64,000 bases of DNA from Eledone cirrhosa. Taxonomy: Eukaryota. Below, in pieces: positions 40,621-60,035 of this stretch. The translations under genes were made by a program, and so were the position numbers. The DNA is taken from the NCBI GenBank assembly GCA_964016885.1, contig OZ024743.1, positions 327,732,001 through 327,796,000 of the forward strand. Direction: 5' to 3'. The stretch's first letter is position 1; the number at the start of each line of letters is the position of its first letter. Under the pieces are notes generated by a model. The model was not told where the DNA came from, did not search any database, and worked only from the letters and a program-made list of their open reading frames with translations.

Positions 40621-40806
40621 ATTGTTTCTACTTTAGGCACAAGGCCAGCAATTACCCAGTGCATTACTGGTACTTTATTTTATCGACCCCGTAAGGATGA
40701 AAGGCAAAGTCAACCTCGGCGGGATTTGAACTCAGATCGTAAAGGGACGTAACTATGCTGGAAAGCATGGCGTCCGACCCTCTACCGATACTGCCAATCC
40801 ACCGCC
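40617..40806 (-). mobile_element. tRNA-derived SINE (family B)
   Basis: Reverse complement of 60389-60570. B box gagttcaaatc and Meta-like core gactttgcctttcatccttacggggtcgataaaata. A fragment also lies at 38677-38751. Confidence 0.85.
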
Positions 40807-40911
40807 TTTTTATATATATATATATATAAAATAATTATTATATATATTTTTATATATATATATATATATAATAATAATAAAATAACAGGAGGCTGGATTG
40901 AAAGGTTTATT

Positions 40912-40969
40912 ATACTATGATCATTTCAATGACCGGGTTCCGTATGAATCCGGTGATATCATCAGGTAT
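40912..40969 (-). ncRNA. Minimal type I hammerhead ribozyme (inverted copy)
   Basis: Reverse complement of 42536-42593. Confidence 0.7.
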
Positions 40970-42535
40970 TCGAAATATAATAAATGCATGTAACAGATAA
41001 AATCCATGGGGCTGAAAATCATAGACTCGAGGACGACCGACCATCTAGCATCTTCCACTTTAGCTGGTCACCCTCTTAACAGAGGTATATATTATAACAG
41101 AGGTATATATAGTGGGCGTCTGCATGGTATAATGGGTGAACAGAAAATTGGAACGTTAAATTTTTGTTTAGATTTATAGGATGAAATTTAAAAAAATTAA
41201 ATTAAAGATTAAAATTATAAATTAAAAACATTTGAAAATTAAAAATTAAACAGTTTTTAAAAAAATTTATGGTTTGGGTTGCGAGATTTAGTTAAAGAAT
41301 TTACAGAGAGAGTCTTTTATGAAAAAATCTTAAGTGTATTATAGAGATCCTCGATAAGTTTTCAGGGTGGGATATAGAGTAAAGATTAAGTCCTTATTTA
41401 GCAGTCAAACAGCACGCGACGACTGCAGACTCCGGCCAGCCCATCCTAACCACGTGTCAGCCATTCCGAGTGAAACCGTCTAGCGAGAGATATGGAAATC
41501 ATTTTTTCCGAGCACTCGAGGAATGTAACTGTTCTAGGCTTCGGGTGTGCTAGTGGGAAGTCAGCCATTGTCGTTAGGCCATCGTTATACCAAACGAGTA
41601 CTATTAATTTACACCGGAGAGGGGTTTGTTTAAGTGCCAGGGAGGCATGATACAGCTAATAGTTATGATTAGGCCTAGAATTTAAAGGTACTATATGGCG
41701 GTCAAAAACGGCGGCGCGGCGGGCCCCGGGGCGAAGCAGTAATTTCATTTACCGAAAGAAGGAGAAATTTGTTTTTCCAAGCACTCAAGGAAAACCACCA
41801 CACCAGTCGGATCATCGCATGTAATCAATTATAAAACCCGATGAAAAGCGCAAATAGACTATATCTAGGTCCCCAGATAGTCCGGGTTATAAGTATTGTG
41901 GTTCTCAGAGGGAGATATTCTAGTGTCGTGTGCTAATGAGTACAATGATAAGTACTTAATGAGAGTAAAGCGAGTAAAAACCTAAATAAAAGGAACAGTG
42001 GACAAAAACCAAGAATACGTAGATAAATAAAAGCAGAATACGAAGATAAAAACACATTAATAAAGTAAAAAGGTAGAAATATATAAATAAATAAAAAATA
42101 AATAAAAAATAAATAAATAAATAAATAAATAAATGAAAAAAATACATAAAAAAATAAATAAAATGCCGCCATGGCTAGGGTGGTGGTGGAGTAAAACGGA
42201 AGTATATAAAAACATCGGAGAAATCAAAACACAGGGGAAATACAATATAGATCAAGTTGCAGTTAGATAATGCATATAGATATAGAGGATGGAAGAGATG
42301 GAATCAGTGAGTGTTCGAGCCTCAGAATTCAGTATGAATTACAAAGGCCTTGAAGTATAGGGTAGATAATTCAGTCAATACAGTACCCCCTCACTAGATA
42401 GCTTTAAGTAGACCGAATAGCCAGCACTTGAGGGCGACCGGCTAAAGTGGAAGATGCTAGATGGTCGGTCGTCCTCGGGTCTATGATTTTCAGCCCCATG
42501 GATTTTATCTGTTACATGCATTTATTATATTTCGA

Positions 42536-42593
42536 ATACCTGATGATATCACCGGATTCATACGGAACCCGGTCATTGAAATGATCATAGTAT
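42536..42593 (+). ncRNA. Minimal type I hammerhead ribozyme
   Basis: atac-CTGATGA(42540)-stem II accgg/ccggt-GAAA(42578)-palindromic tgatca-TA-gtat. Confidence 0.72.
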
Positions 42594-42792
42594 AATAAAC
42601 CTTTCAAGGATTTACACAAGCCCAGCCTCCTGTTATTTTATTATAATATTTAACTCCGTACTCGCACCACCAACTACACAAACGAAGACGGTTGAGCTGC
42701 TTTACATTGAGTACTCTCCATATTATTACATCAAGATTGACCATACGGAATGACCAGCTCTATCCAGTGGTGAACCTTCAAACCTAAATATG

Positions 42793-42829
<37 letters not shown>

Positions 42830-43320
42830 TTAAGTAACAAACAATATAAGATAATTATTTCATTTACCAGTGGTTTCTTGAAGGCAGATGTTGTGTCTGT
42901 CTTCAGTCGTCGGAATATGGATTTGAATACAAAATTTAGGAAATGTGAAAGTGAGGCTGAAAAAAAAACGAGCAAAAAGGAAATAGGGGAAAAAAAATAA
43001 AAAAGATATATAAAAAAATAAATATCCAGAACGTAAACATACACACACTCAACTACGCGCATATACGTAATAGTACGTAGACGTATACTTTCTCACATAA
43101 GCGTATATGCGTCTACATAGAAATACGAACAGGAATATAAATACATACCCAAACATATACACAGATATATAAGCGCTGAAAAATGTACACACACATACAC
43201 ACGCACACATATAAAAAGGGGGTGTACACACACATAAAAACATACATACAAACACAAAAACACAAAAACAAAAAAGCTCTATACATACGCGTACGTGTAT
43301 ATACTCACACACACACACGC

Positions 43321-43354
<34 letters not shown>

Positions 43355-43405
43355 GTACACAGACATACCCATACACACATATATACAAGCATAACACACA
43401 CATAT

Positions 43406-43486
<81 letters not shown>

Positions 43487-44033
43487 TACACACACATACA
43501 TACATACACACACATATATATGTACAGCCACCGGAAATAACATCTGTCCTTACCAGTGAAAAAACAACTCTATCTATCTGCCTACCGAGCTGCCTCACCC
43601 CAGTGAAACAAACAACCCTTAGGCCACCAAAATAAAATACCTACACAGCGGCTAAACATCAAACGATTATTTTTGTATAAATAGAGTGGTTCCAAACACT
43701 TTCGCCATTCGACTTTTGGCAGAGTCAGCTTGCGTATCGTTGTTCCTCTCCTCTGCCACGCTTGTCACCCACACACTCCTTGTACCTCTGTATTGTCGCT
43801 TCATGTATGGAATAAATCTTTGAACGAAACTACATCTCTTGCCTACTCTTCCTTTCAACTTCTTCCTTCGTCTGTTCATCCTTACCGTATGCGAAAGCAG
43901 TCCTTTTAAGGGCTATTCTCAGATCCGATCAGAAGTAGTGACCAGACCGACTAACCACGTCACTACAATTAGTGATCCCGACGTGATTCGAACATGCAAC
44001 CAGACAGCAGCCTAACAAGAAGCCAGCATCAAC

Positions 44034-45780
44034 ATGTCACAACCAACGACAGAGGCCGAGATTTCAGAGCTGCGGGCTATGATCAGAGAACGGGCTGGTC
44101 AAATTAAAGCCCTCTAAAATCAATTAGAAAACCTGACCTTTCGAACACACCGGCGGCGCAGCAACAGTCGATCCAGGCCCTTTCACCGTCGAAGATCCAG
44201 AAGTCCCAGTCAAAATCGTGTGTCTGGCAACCTTTGCTGGTATCACGCAGAATTCGGCGCACAGGCATCTAAGTGCAAGGACCCGTGCTCTTTCCAGAAT
44301 ACCAACCAGGGAAACGGACAGACCAGAGCCGGCCTAGCGACGACGTTCACTCCTGTGACTGAGAAGAAAAGTCGTCTGTTTTTTTATCAACGACCAAGCG
44401 ACAGGCATCCATGACCTCGTGGATACAGAACCCCAGGTTAGTGCTATTCCTGTTTCATTAGTCTCGGGCAAAAGACATCCAACACCGTCCTTTCTAAGCG
44501 GTTGCAGCCTGCAGAAACCAAATACAGTACGTTTGGCCGCGAACTCTTGGCAACCTACCTTTCAGTTAAACATTTTCGTCACATGCTCGAAGGATCGGAT
44601 TTCGGTATCTACACGGACCATAAACCACTAGTTTATGCGTTCCGTACCAAACCTGATCGACATTCACCGAGAGAACTCCGCCACCTGGATTTTGTCTCCC
44701 AATATTCAAGTTTCAGAAAGTTACCATTCCTTCTCCGGGACAAATTTGGTGCGACCTTTCTACTGGTCATGAACAACCGTACGTACCACAGATGCATCGT
44801 CGACAAGTTTTTTTCTGTTTTACACTATTTGTCTCACTCGGGAATCCGGGCTACACAGAAACTCATCTCTGCTCGTTTTGTGTGGACTAACATTAACAAG
44901 GACGTGCGCGACTGGTCCAGAAGCTGCATTGCCTGCCAGAAAGCCAAAGTCCACAGACACATCAAAACGCCACTCGGCACATTCGCGCAACCTGATGCAC
45001 GTTTTCATCATGTGCATATCGACATCGTCGGACCTCTACCACCATCACAGAACTGCACACACTTGCTCATCTGCATAGATCGATTTTCCCGTTGGTCTGA
45101 GGCTTTTCCCATAAGTATAACACTTTGGTTTTATACTGGGTATCACGTTATGGCGCCCCAGCGAAGATAACAACGGACAGAGGACGCCAATTGGACTCCC
45201 ACCTCTTCAGGGAACTGACTCGCCTGTTAGGATGTAAACACATCCGCACGACAGCTTATCACCCGCAAGATAATGGTCTCGTGGAAAGATTCTATTGCCA
45301 ATTGAAAGCTGCCATAAAAGCATATCCAGACAAAACCCACTGGTTTGAATACCTGCCACTCATCCTTCTGGGCATTCGATCCACCGTTAAGGAGGAATTC
45401 GGATACACACCTGCAGAATTAGTGTACGGCACCACCCTGGTTCTACCTGGTCAGATGGTTGCTCCCATCTCTCCTCAGGATGTTCCAGACCCAGAATCAT
45501 ACGTACACCGTCTTCGACAATATATGTCTCACCTTGCTCCTGCAAGCACCCGTCAACAGAACACGTCCACACATGTACCTTCAGACATTAATGATTGAAC
45601 AAACGTTTTCGTTCGAAACGACACCATCTCAGCTCATCTTCGACCTCCATATTCTGGCCCTTACCGTGTTCTAAAAAAATATCCGAAATATTTTATTCTC
45701 GATCAAGATGGTAAACAGAATTCTGTCAGCGTGGACAGATTAAAAAAAGCCATCATGGATACTGTTACAGTCTCTACACC
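44034..45780 (+). pseudogene. Gypsy gag-pol remnant: gag knuckle, protease start, RNase H, integrase (RT deleted)
   Basis: CWYHAEFGAQASKCKDPC; VDTEPQVSAIP; KYSTFGRELLA...YTDHKPL; H..SH...CIACQ; HIDIVGPLP; TTDRGRQ; [14 protein letters not shown]. Confidence 0.9.
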
Positions 45781-46506
45781 AGAAGCTCCAACAGATTGCT
45801 GTCCCAGCAAGCCACCTGTTTCATCTCCAGTCACGTGAAGTGGACGACGTGTCCAGTGGCCCGCCAAGTTGGCACAATATGTGAATTACCGTTAACCTCA
45901 AGTGAGTTTCTTAATCATTCTTCGTGCAAAACATTTCCACTTTTCTTGTGTTTACTATTTCCAGTTTCAAATACAATGAACTTTCTGCTTGAACAATTGC
46001 AATTTTTAGTGACCATGTGCTCATGTCACGAAGAACATTATTTATTATGAACATTATTTATTACAAACGCTATTTAAGAACAAACATTGTGTATAGCATT
46101 GTGTATAGCCTTTTTTTCCCCCCTCTCTTGTTTTGCAAAAAATTTTTTATTTTTATTTTCCACGTTCTTCAATATTAATTGTGTAATTGCCATAATTTTT
46201 ATATACATACAAGGCGTATACATATTCTATTTTTCATGCACACTACACAACCACGTTTGTTTCACCTTTGGTTCATACACTGAGCAATAGATATTTTGTC
46301 CCTCTACAAAATGTTTTCTCTTTGATCACGCATTTCACAAATCGCATCCTCAAAACACTGGCTTTCTTTTTTACGTACACATTCACTCAATAGCTCGAGA
46401 ATGCCTCGCTATTTTTACCACATGAATTCGCTCAAGTCATATGCTTTGGAGCAAACTGTTACTTTTAAGCAACATGCTTACGGCCATTCATTTCACCCAT
46501 TACGGT

Positions 46507-48853
46507 TGTAGCAAGAGTTGCCTCCCTTGTTGTGACGATCACATCACCAGTAGAGTAACGCTCTCTAGACAGGAGGTAGCCGGAGTTACTTCCCGTTGTG
46601 GTTGCCTTCTTTGTCACTTCTTCCAGGGACCATATAAAAGGGACAGCTCCTAGCTGTCTCCCTCTCATTTGCTCTTTCGGCTGCTGGCCTTCGGCCAGGC
46701 GCGTTCGCCGAGGCTCTACTCTCCGGCAACCCTAACATGGTCTCTTGCGAGCTCACTTCAAAACGGTAACAAATAACTTTACTTCATTCTTTCATCTACT
46801 CTTGACATGTCAACAATTCTGCACTACATAACTTCAACTTGTTAATTAAACTTTATACATACAACCTAGCGTCTTGTTATATTCATACAACCCAGTAATT
46901 CTGTTATAAGTGGTGACCCCGAAAAAAGAAAAAAATAATGGGATCTGGTGTTGTGTGAGTATGGAAAAAAGAAAATTAATTAGCAGTACCCCATTTTCGT
47001 TGGAATGTGTGGACCAACATTTCGAACACGCAGCAAACTTTATTAACAAACTAGGAAAAATACGCAGACACAGAAACGAATACACGCACATGTGAAATTC
47101 TCGTTCAGACAGACTCTTCTTCTCTCACCTAACGTGATATTTTTTTTTTCGGACTAAAAAATCCCTCCGACCGCCTTAGACATGGATTTCTCTCCGCATA
47201 CACTGTCTTATAACGAACACATCAAAAAAGAAAAAAAAAGAAATTTTTTCTCAGCAAGCAAAATAAACAGAAGGTTTTGCCTTTCACGCACGTGTCGTGC
47301 ATCAACTATGTGTCGCATTTCACTGGATGTATATATATGTTTTTCGTTTCTTCTTACAACGAACACTTTAAAAAAAAAAAAAAAAAGAAATTTGATTTTT
47401 TTTTTTTTACACATTTCAACATGAACATTTATTTTTGCTGAATCTCAACTATTGCTTATTCTTTCCACCAAGCTTTTTTCATCGTTCACAAAAAAATTGA
47501 ACTCGCCATATTTGTTATACCAAGTGAAGCCTTTCTTTCTTTTTCATCATATTATCACGTTCACACACAATTTTTTCAAAATGGCTGCTAACGACCTGTT
47601 GCACTATCATTTTCGCGCTATTTTCTCGCGCAATATAAATATTTTTTTTTCAACTTGACTTTAACCTTGTTTCGGCACATGTGGAGAGCACACATCTCGA
47701 CTCACTGAGATAACACACGCCATAGATAATGTTTCTTGCCAAGGATTCTCCAGCCTTAAGCTATATTCTCCTATTTGCCGGTTTAAAAATTTACCACGTA
47801 AATTTGCCGTTGAAAACTGCGCATTTATTCAGAATGCTTATTTCTTTGGTCGCTGGCCTCTTGATCCTTCCAGGTCAACGCATTCTCAACATCGACCATC
47901 AACTTTGGCTGTTATTTCTAGCACTTTGCGCAACTCATTTTTTTCTGGGAAAATTTTTACTGTGAACAGAAACAACATCGAATAGCCTCACTCCGCGAGA
48001 CAACAACATCAACAACCAAAACCAGCAGAACAAAACAGAGAATTTATTTTTGCAATACTCTTCCTGTGAGAAAATCTCACCGAATTTCACGTTGTACCAC
48101 AGTTTAGAGACCACCTGCATACATTCTCTGGAGGACACACTTTCTTTCCTGCTGTCATGTGATTGCACACCTGTGAACTCTATTTTTGAACATTTGAATT
48201 TTTTTCTTTAATAATTGTGTTCGAGCGCGTTTCCTTGCTCTTTTGACCCCTTCTTTTGATTACATTGTATCTTTGAGTGATGGATAGATAGATGTCCAGT
48301 CGTTCTCTGGTCAAGAGCGGTTGGCTACCTTGATATCTATCATTAATTTTTGCATGCTTATATTTTGCTGTTTTGCTTTTATTGCAAACATTATTTTTTT
48401 CGTAATTTTCATACCTGGACTTTGGTGTTAGAACATGCTCGCCATCTTACTTCATACATGGTTGATTCGATTTTTATGTTTTAAAAATCTGGCGGGAGAT
48501 AATGTAGCAATAGTTGTCTCCCTTGTTGTGACGATCACATCACCAGTAGAGTAACGCTCTCTAGACAGGAGGTAGCTGGAGTTACTTCCCGTTGTGGTTG
48601 CCTTCTTTGTCACTTCTTCCAGGGACCATATAAAAGGGACAGCTCCTAGCTGTCTCCCTCTCATTTGCCCTTTCGGCTGCCGGCCTTCGGCCAGGCGCGT
48701 TCACCGAGGCTCTACTTATCTGGCAACCCTAACATGGTCTCTTGCGAGCTCACTTCAAAACGGTAACAAATAACTTTACTTCATTCTTTCATCTACTCTT
48801 GACATGTCAACCATTCTGTTCTACATAACTCAACAACCCAGTATTCTGTTATA
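46507..48853 (+). mobile_element. Nested non-autonomous LTR element (LARD/TRIM-like)
   Basis: LTRs at 46507-46908 and 48503-48853, CGGT target duplication on both sides, PBS tggtgaccccga at 46911, PPT ctggcgggagataa. No recognisable ORF inside. Confidence 0.88.
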
Positions 48854-49601
48854 CGGTTATTTTCACTGCCCGGTTAGAATTGTCAAGCAATTCACAGGCA
48901 GCTCAACCCAAATGCAACAGGCTCATTCATCGCGCCTGCATAAATCTGGTTAAAGTCATTTTATAGTTTGTTTTTTTTCTTCCTGACACACACATCTTGC
49001 CATATCATCTCTACATCGACTCTGTCTTATACTCGATGATCACCAAAGTTCACAACGTGCTGGACACTCCTTGGGCTATTGTCATGACAAATGCACCACT
49101 GACTCATTACTATACGATGTTTCGCTCTTTTGTTGTACAAAAGATCTAGCAGGGGACTAATGTACAGCCACCGGAAATAACATCTGTCCTTACCAGTGAA
49201 ATAAACAACTCTATCTATCTGCCTACCTAGCTGCCTCACCCCACTGAAACAAACAACCCTTAGGCCACCAAAATGAAACGCATACACAGCGGCTAAACAT
49301 CAAACGATTATTTTTGTATAAATAGAGTGGTTCCAAACGCTTTCGCCAGTCGACTTTTGGCAGAGTCAGCTCGCGTATCGTTGCTCCTCTCCTCTACCAC
49401 ACTTGTCACTCACACACTCCTTGACCCTCTGTATTGTCGCTTCATGTATAGAATAAATCTATGAACGAAACTACATCTCTTGCCTACACGTCCTTTCAAC
49501 TTCTTCCTTCGTCTGTTCATCCTTACCGTATGCGATAACAGTCCTTTTAAGGGCTATTCTCAGATCCGATCAGAAGTAGTGACCAGACCGACTAACCACG
49601 T

Positions 49602-55439
<5,838 letters not shown>

Positions 55440-55495
55440 TATTTTCCGTTGTGTTGTAATATAAATATTACACACAGTAGATTATCAGCTCACCC

Positions 55496-55905
55496 AGCTT
55501 TGGGTTTTAGCTAATTTCTCCCATTTTAGGGTAAACTTTTGATCGCTGGGAGAAATTAGCTAAAACCCAAAGCTTTTCCAGGAGCCAAAATTTCTGCAAA
55601 TTGTGTAATCTTGAGATTTATTACATAATCACACACAAGAAGAAACTGCTGAATAACAGAATTGAACGAACATTATTCTGCCGTCACAGAACTAAAACCC
55701 TTTTTTCCCACTACAAGCCGAATATTACATAAAAGAGGGACATCCCCCAACTATATAAACCTTAATCTAGTTAGAAAAATATAAAAACAATCTCTTCTCA
55801 ACATATATTAATAACCTTAAATTACCACACTAATAATGGAAAGATATGCTGATGAGAATAGGTGCAAATATGCGATAATGAATGTGTCTAAAAACGTCCA
55901 TAAGT
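55496..55905 (+). mobile_element. Penelope-like 3' fragment (endonuclease tail 55547-55732) with short 5' inversion and degenerate hammerhead
   Basis: WEKLAKTQSFSRSQNFCKLCNLEIYYII...LLNNRIERTLFCRHRTK* is homologous by eye to 1080-1259. A degenerate hammerhead tatg-CTGATGA...aaaacgtc-cata lies at about 55845-55901. Confidence 0.7.
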
Positions 55906-56001
55906 ATGTATATATATGTGAAAATGTATATAAATAAGTAAATATATATATATGTTTGATGTGTATAGTTAGATGTAAGTGTATTCATGTATTAAAGTGC
56001 T

Positions 56002-56061
<60 letters not shown>

Positions 56062-56615
56062 ATGTATATATGTGTATATAGGTGTGTATGTATGTGTATG
56101 TGTGTACACATGGACTAGAGTATGTATGTATATATGTGTGTGTCTATACGTGTGTATATAAAGATAAGTTGAGTATGAAAATGTATACACATGAGCGCGT
56201 ATATGAATACATGTGTGTATATATATGTGTATGCATGTGTATATATATGTAAGTATGAATATGTGAATTGTGAGTATATGTATTTTGTAGAGGTGTGCAA
56301 ATATATTTGTGTGTGAATGCGTGGGTGAAAGGATACGTACACTTGAAAGAAAAATTTAAGTCTGAATGTTAATTAAGTGCAAACACAAAACCAACCACGC
56401 ATATCTTTACTATCTCTAATCCTTCTATAGATTTGGAAAAATAACCAATAATATATTCTATAAAAAATGTCAAAACAACAGATGGGAATCTAATTACTCA
56501 CTGCCACCAAGAATTCTCACTGCTATCGAAAAACCACTCCTTCAACTATTCTTCTAACAACTTCACCCCTCCCTCCTAATATTCTCTATAAATACTAAAT
56601 AGGTCCTCAGTAATA

Positions 56616-56735
56616 TTATTCTGATGAAATGACAGTAAATAATAACATTGAAATATTGAATGTCTGCATAACTAAAAGTTTGTAGATAGCAGCTGTTTTA
56701 GGTTATGTAACTGTTATAGAAACACGTGTCAATAA
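56616..56735 (+). ncRNA. Type I hammerhead ribozyme with long stem II
   Basis: ttatt-CTGATGA(56621)-tgacagt...actgtta-GAAA(56719)-palindromic cacgtg-TC-aataa, GUC cleavage triplet. Confidence 0.75.
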
Positions 56736-56769
56736 ATTCCTTTCAACTAAACTGTATCCATTCAAATCT

Positions 56770-56809
<40 letters not shown>

Positions 56810-56847
56810 AAAATGGTTAATCAAAAGATGGTTAAAAGAGTTCCATG

Positions 56848-56918
56848 TATTTTATTATGCGCATTTCAAAAACATATATCATCATGGGATGATATTTACG
56901 TCCTCATCAGATAAAATA
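56848..56918 (-). ncRNA. Minimal type I hammerhead ribozyme at the 3' end of the Penelope-like element
   Basis: Minus strand: tattttat-CTGATGA-atatcatc/gatgatat stem-GAAA-palindromic tgcgca-TA-ataaaata, 8-bp stem I. Confidence 0.8.
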
Positions 56919-59854
56919 GGGAGACATGATATGAAGCTTAAAAAACACTTGCGAGCAGTGAAGTGTTAAATCAACATATGAAAAATAAAATAAGATGAAT
57001 ATATGAGATTGGAAAAAAGGAAAGGAAGGAGGGAAGGAAAAGGTAAGGAAGGGGAAGAAAGAATATAGATAGAAGAAAAAAATATAATAATAAGGAAAGG
57101 ATGACGGAGGAGGAGTATAAGAAGGAAGGATGAGAGAGGAGGAGAAAATGAGTGAGAGAGAGAGAGAGAGAGAGATAACCTTTAATACTGAGAAACACTG
57201 TCTCACAGAGAAAAATAAAAAATAAACCGTTGTAAGATAATACATAATTTAAAAAATTAAGAAATTAAAAGTTAATGGGGTTTATGAATGGTGATGCTTA
57301 TGATTAAAGAAAAGGGAATTAAGAATACTATTTATTTAAGGTTTATATATTAAAGGGTTTAATAAGATGTGCGAAAAGGAATTTATTAAAATAAAATATA
57401 TTAAGAAGATAAGGTGAATGAAGATAAGGTTAAATGAATTGTAAACTTAGAGGAATTAATTAGGGTCCAAGTTTGTTTCTATATATTGTAATAGGAAAAA
57501 GTAAATAATAGATTTAATACGAGCATGGAAGGAGAGAAGAAAGAAAAAAATTCAAGGAAGAAAAAATATATAACGTCAAAAAAATATGTTTACAAAATTT
57601 CTCTAGTGGTAATATTAATATATATTAAAAATAAAAATTTGTATGGCCGAGAATATAAGGAAAATGCTATAGTGAGTTATAAGAAGTAAGATAAAATATA
57701 TTATTTGATATATGACATACTGCTACGGTCTTGATTATACAATTCCAGTATTGGCAGTGATTTATTTAATCAAATCTCAATGTTTATATACCACAAATAA
57801 TATGATAAACTTAAAGAAGAAAAGGACGTAGAGCAAATTAGAGATATGGGAGAGGGTGTAAAGAAAAGGAAAGGCAAGAAAAAAATAAATACATACATAA
57901 ATAGATAAATGAATAAAAAAAAAAAAAAATAAAAGGATGAATGAGTAAAAGAAATATATAAAAAATGAATAATGACGAAAGAGGGAAAGTGTAAGGAAAG
58001 GAAAGTAAACAGAGGGGGTAAAGAAAATAAAGAAAATAAAGGAAACAACAAATAGAGGAGGATATAGAAAAAAACCGTTGTTTTCAAATACTGGATCAAA
58101 TAGGACATCCAATCAATTCAACTAAACAATTGAATATCTTTAGTATTTGATTATGCCTTAGCTAATTATACTTATATATTATATCAAAATTAATCAGTAT
58201 AGATTATTTTCTATAGCAATCACATATATATTTTAATTAAAAATTTAATTTAACTCATTATAGATTATTATTTTTAATTTTAAGGTAAGATATTCTATAA
58301 ATATTCTGTTATAACTTTAAAAGAATTAATCATTAAAGAGTATTTGAATAATTATTACATATGTATTAAAATCTAATACCATACATAAGTCACCATCAAT
58401 ACATATAATATATTTAGATCATATATTACTCAAATTATTTAATTATGATATTCTCTTTATAATATCTTCACTATTCTTTAATTTTCATTTAGTTTCTAGG
58501 ATTTAACTACAGTTACATTTACTCACAAAAGCTAATTTCATTAATTTAATGAAGGTATTATTTCTGTATTTTCTTATTTATATAGTTTCATTTTAAAAAT
58601 AGTCTGTATATTATTAGTCTACATATTTCAAAACTAATATAATTCAGCAAGCTAGACAAAAAGAAAGAAATTTTACGGACAGTGTAAACAAAAGGAAGAT
58701 AACTCATTCACCATATAAACATTTATAACATATCTCTACTCACACATTCCGCGATATTTCGAAAACCATAAATCATCTACTGCAAATATCATAAAAGATG
58801 TCTAGTTAGATATTGAACTGTCCTAATCAAAACATAGGATAACGAGACTCTTAATAAAATAATTCTAATACATATAAATATCAATAAATTATTACCACAA
58901 TAAGGTAAAAACATATATATATTAAATTATTAATTATCAATATGTTTTCGAAACTTTTACCATGCTTAGAAAGTTTTACCAATTTTATGGTGACAACTAC
59001 TGAATAATTCGTTGTTTTTTTTTTGTCATAATTTGTAATTATCTGTAGAGTCTCAAAATTACAAAGATTGCAGTTTTGCGAAATAGAAGCGTTCTGATAG
59101 GAATTGGCTTTCTTTAATTTGGTCCAAGAGATGGAGTATTTAATATTATTGTCCTTTAAAGACCATATTAATTGCGAAAGTGAAGTTGAAAATTTCTTAT
59201 CTGGTTTAGTAAAAGACTGTCTATGATTATACCAACATTCCTTAAACTTAGATGAAGTGGCACCAATATAGTTATATATATTATTATTTGTCTTAACGGT
59301 ACATTTATATACTATATTCTTGTCAAGGCAATTATTTTGTAAAGGACATTCGGACTTCTTTCTACAATTACATTTCTTCTCAATGTTATTTCCAGACCTT
59401 AAACTATTCACATTATTCTTTACAGGTGTTCTACTATTATTAGTATTTAAACTATTATTGTTATTCCCATTAACTAATGTATTGTTATTATTATTGTTAT
59501 TATTGCTAATTATATGTTGGTTCAAATTAAGATTTTTACTATTTATTTTAGCTATATTTTGAGCAATATTCATAGTTGTTGAATAAGAAAGTTTAACTGT
59601 GTGTCTATTGAAAATAGAGTAATATTTATGTGACCTAGGGAAGCATTTATTCAAAGCTTTAAAAAATAAGTGTGCTACCGGTGTTTTAATAGCTAAAGAT
59701 GCAGGCGGGGCATACCAAATTATAGATCTAGTTCTTATTTTTCCCCCGATTTATTCCTCAAGTTGTTGTTTTTATATTCATTTTTATTATGATTAGTGTA
59801 ATTATAATTAATATTATTTTCACTATTTTTTTCTATATACTCAATATTATTGTT

Positions 59855-60035
59855 TGGCAGTATCGGTAGAGAGTTGGACGCCATGCTTTGACGCATAGAG
59901 TTACTGCCCTTGCCATTCTGAGTTCAAATCCCGCCGAGGTTAACTTTGCCTTTCATCCTTACGGGGTCGATAAAATAAAGTACCAGTAATGTACTGGGTA
60001 ATTGCTGGCCTTGTGCTAAAAGTAGAAACAATTAT
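59855..60035 (+). mobile_element. SINE family B inserted in the Penelope-like element
   Basis: Similar to 60389-60570. Confidence 0.85.

Larger units (their letters stand above)
40878..42787 (+). mobile_element. Non-coding Penelope-like or retrozyme-like element with inverted ~200 bp arms (40878-41075 / 42430-42644)
   Basis: The arms are reverse complements, each holds a hammerhead, and the element is flanked by (TA)n. Confidence 0.65.

Noticed and set aside
43049-43635. ORFs of YI/CV/HT dipeptides here and at other microsatellites
   Set aside because: Translations of (TA)n, (CA)n and (GA)n.
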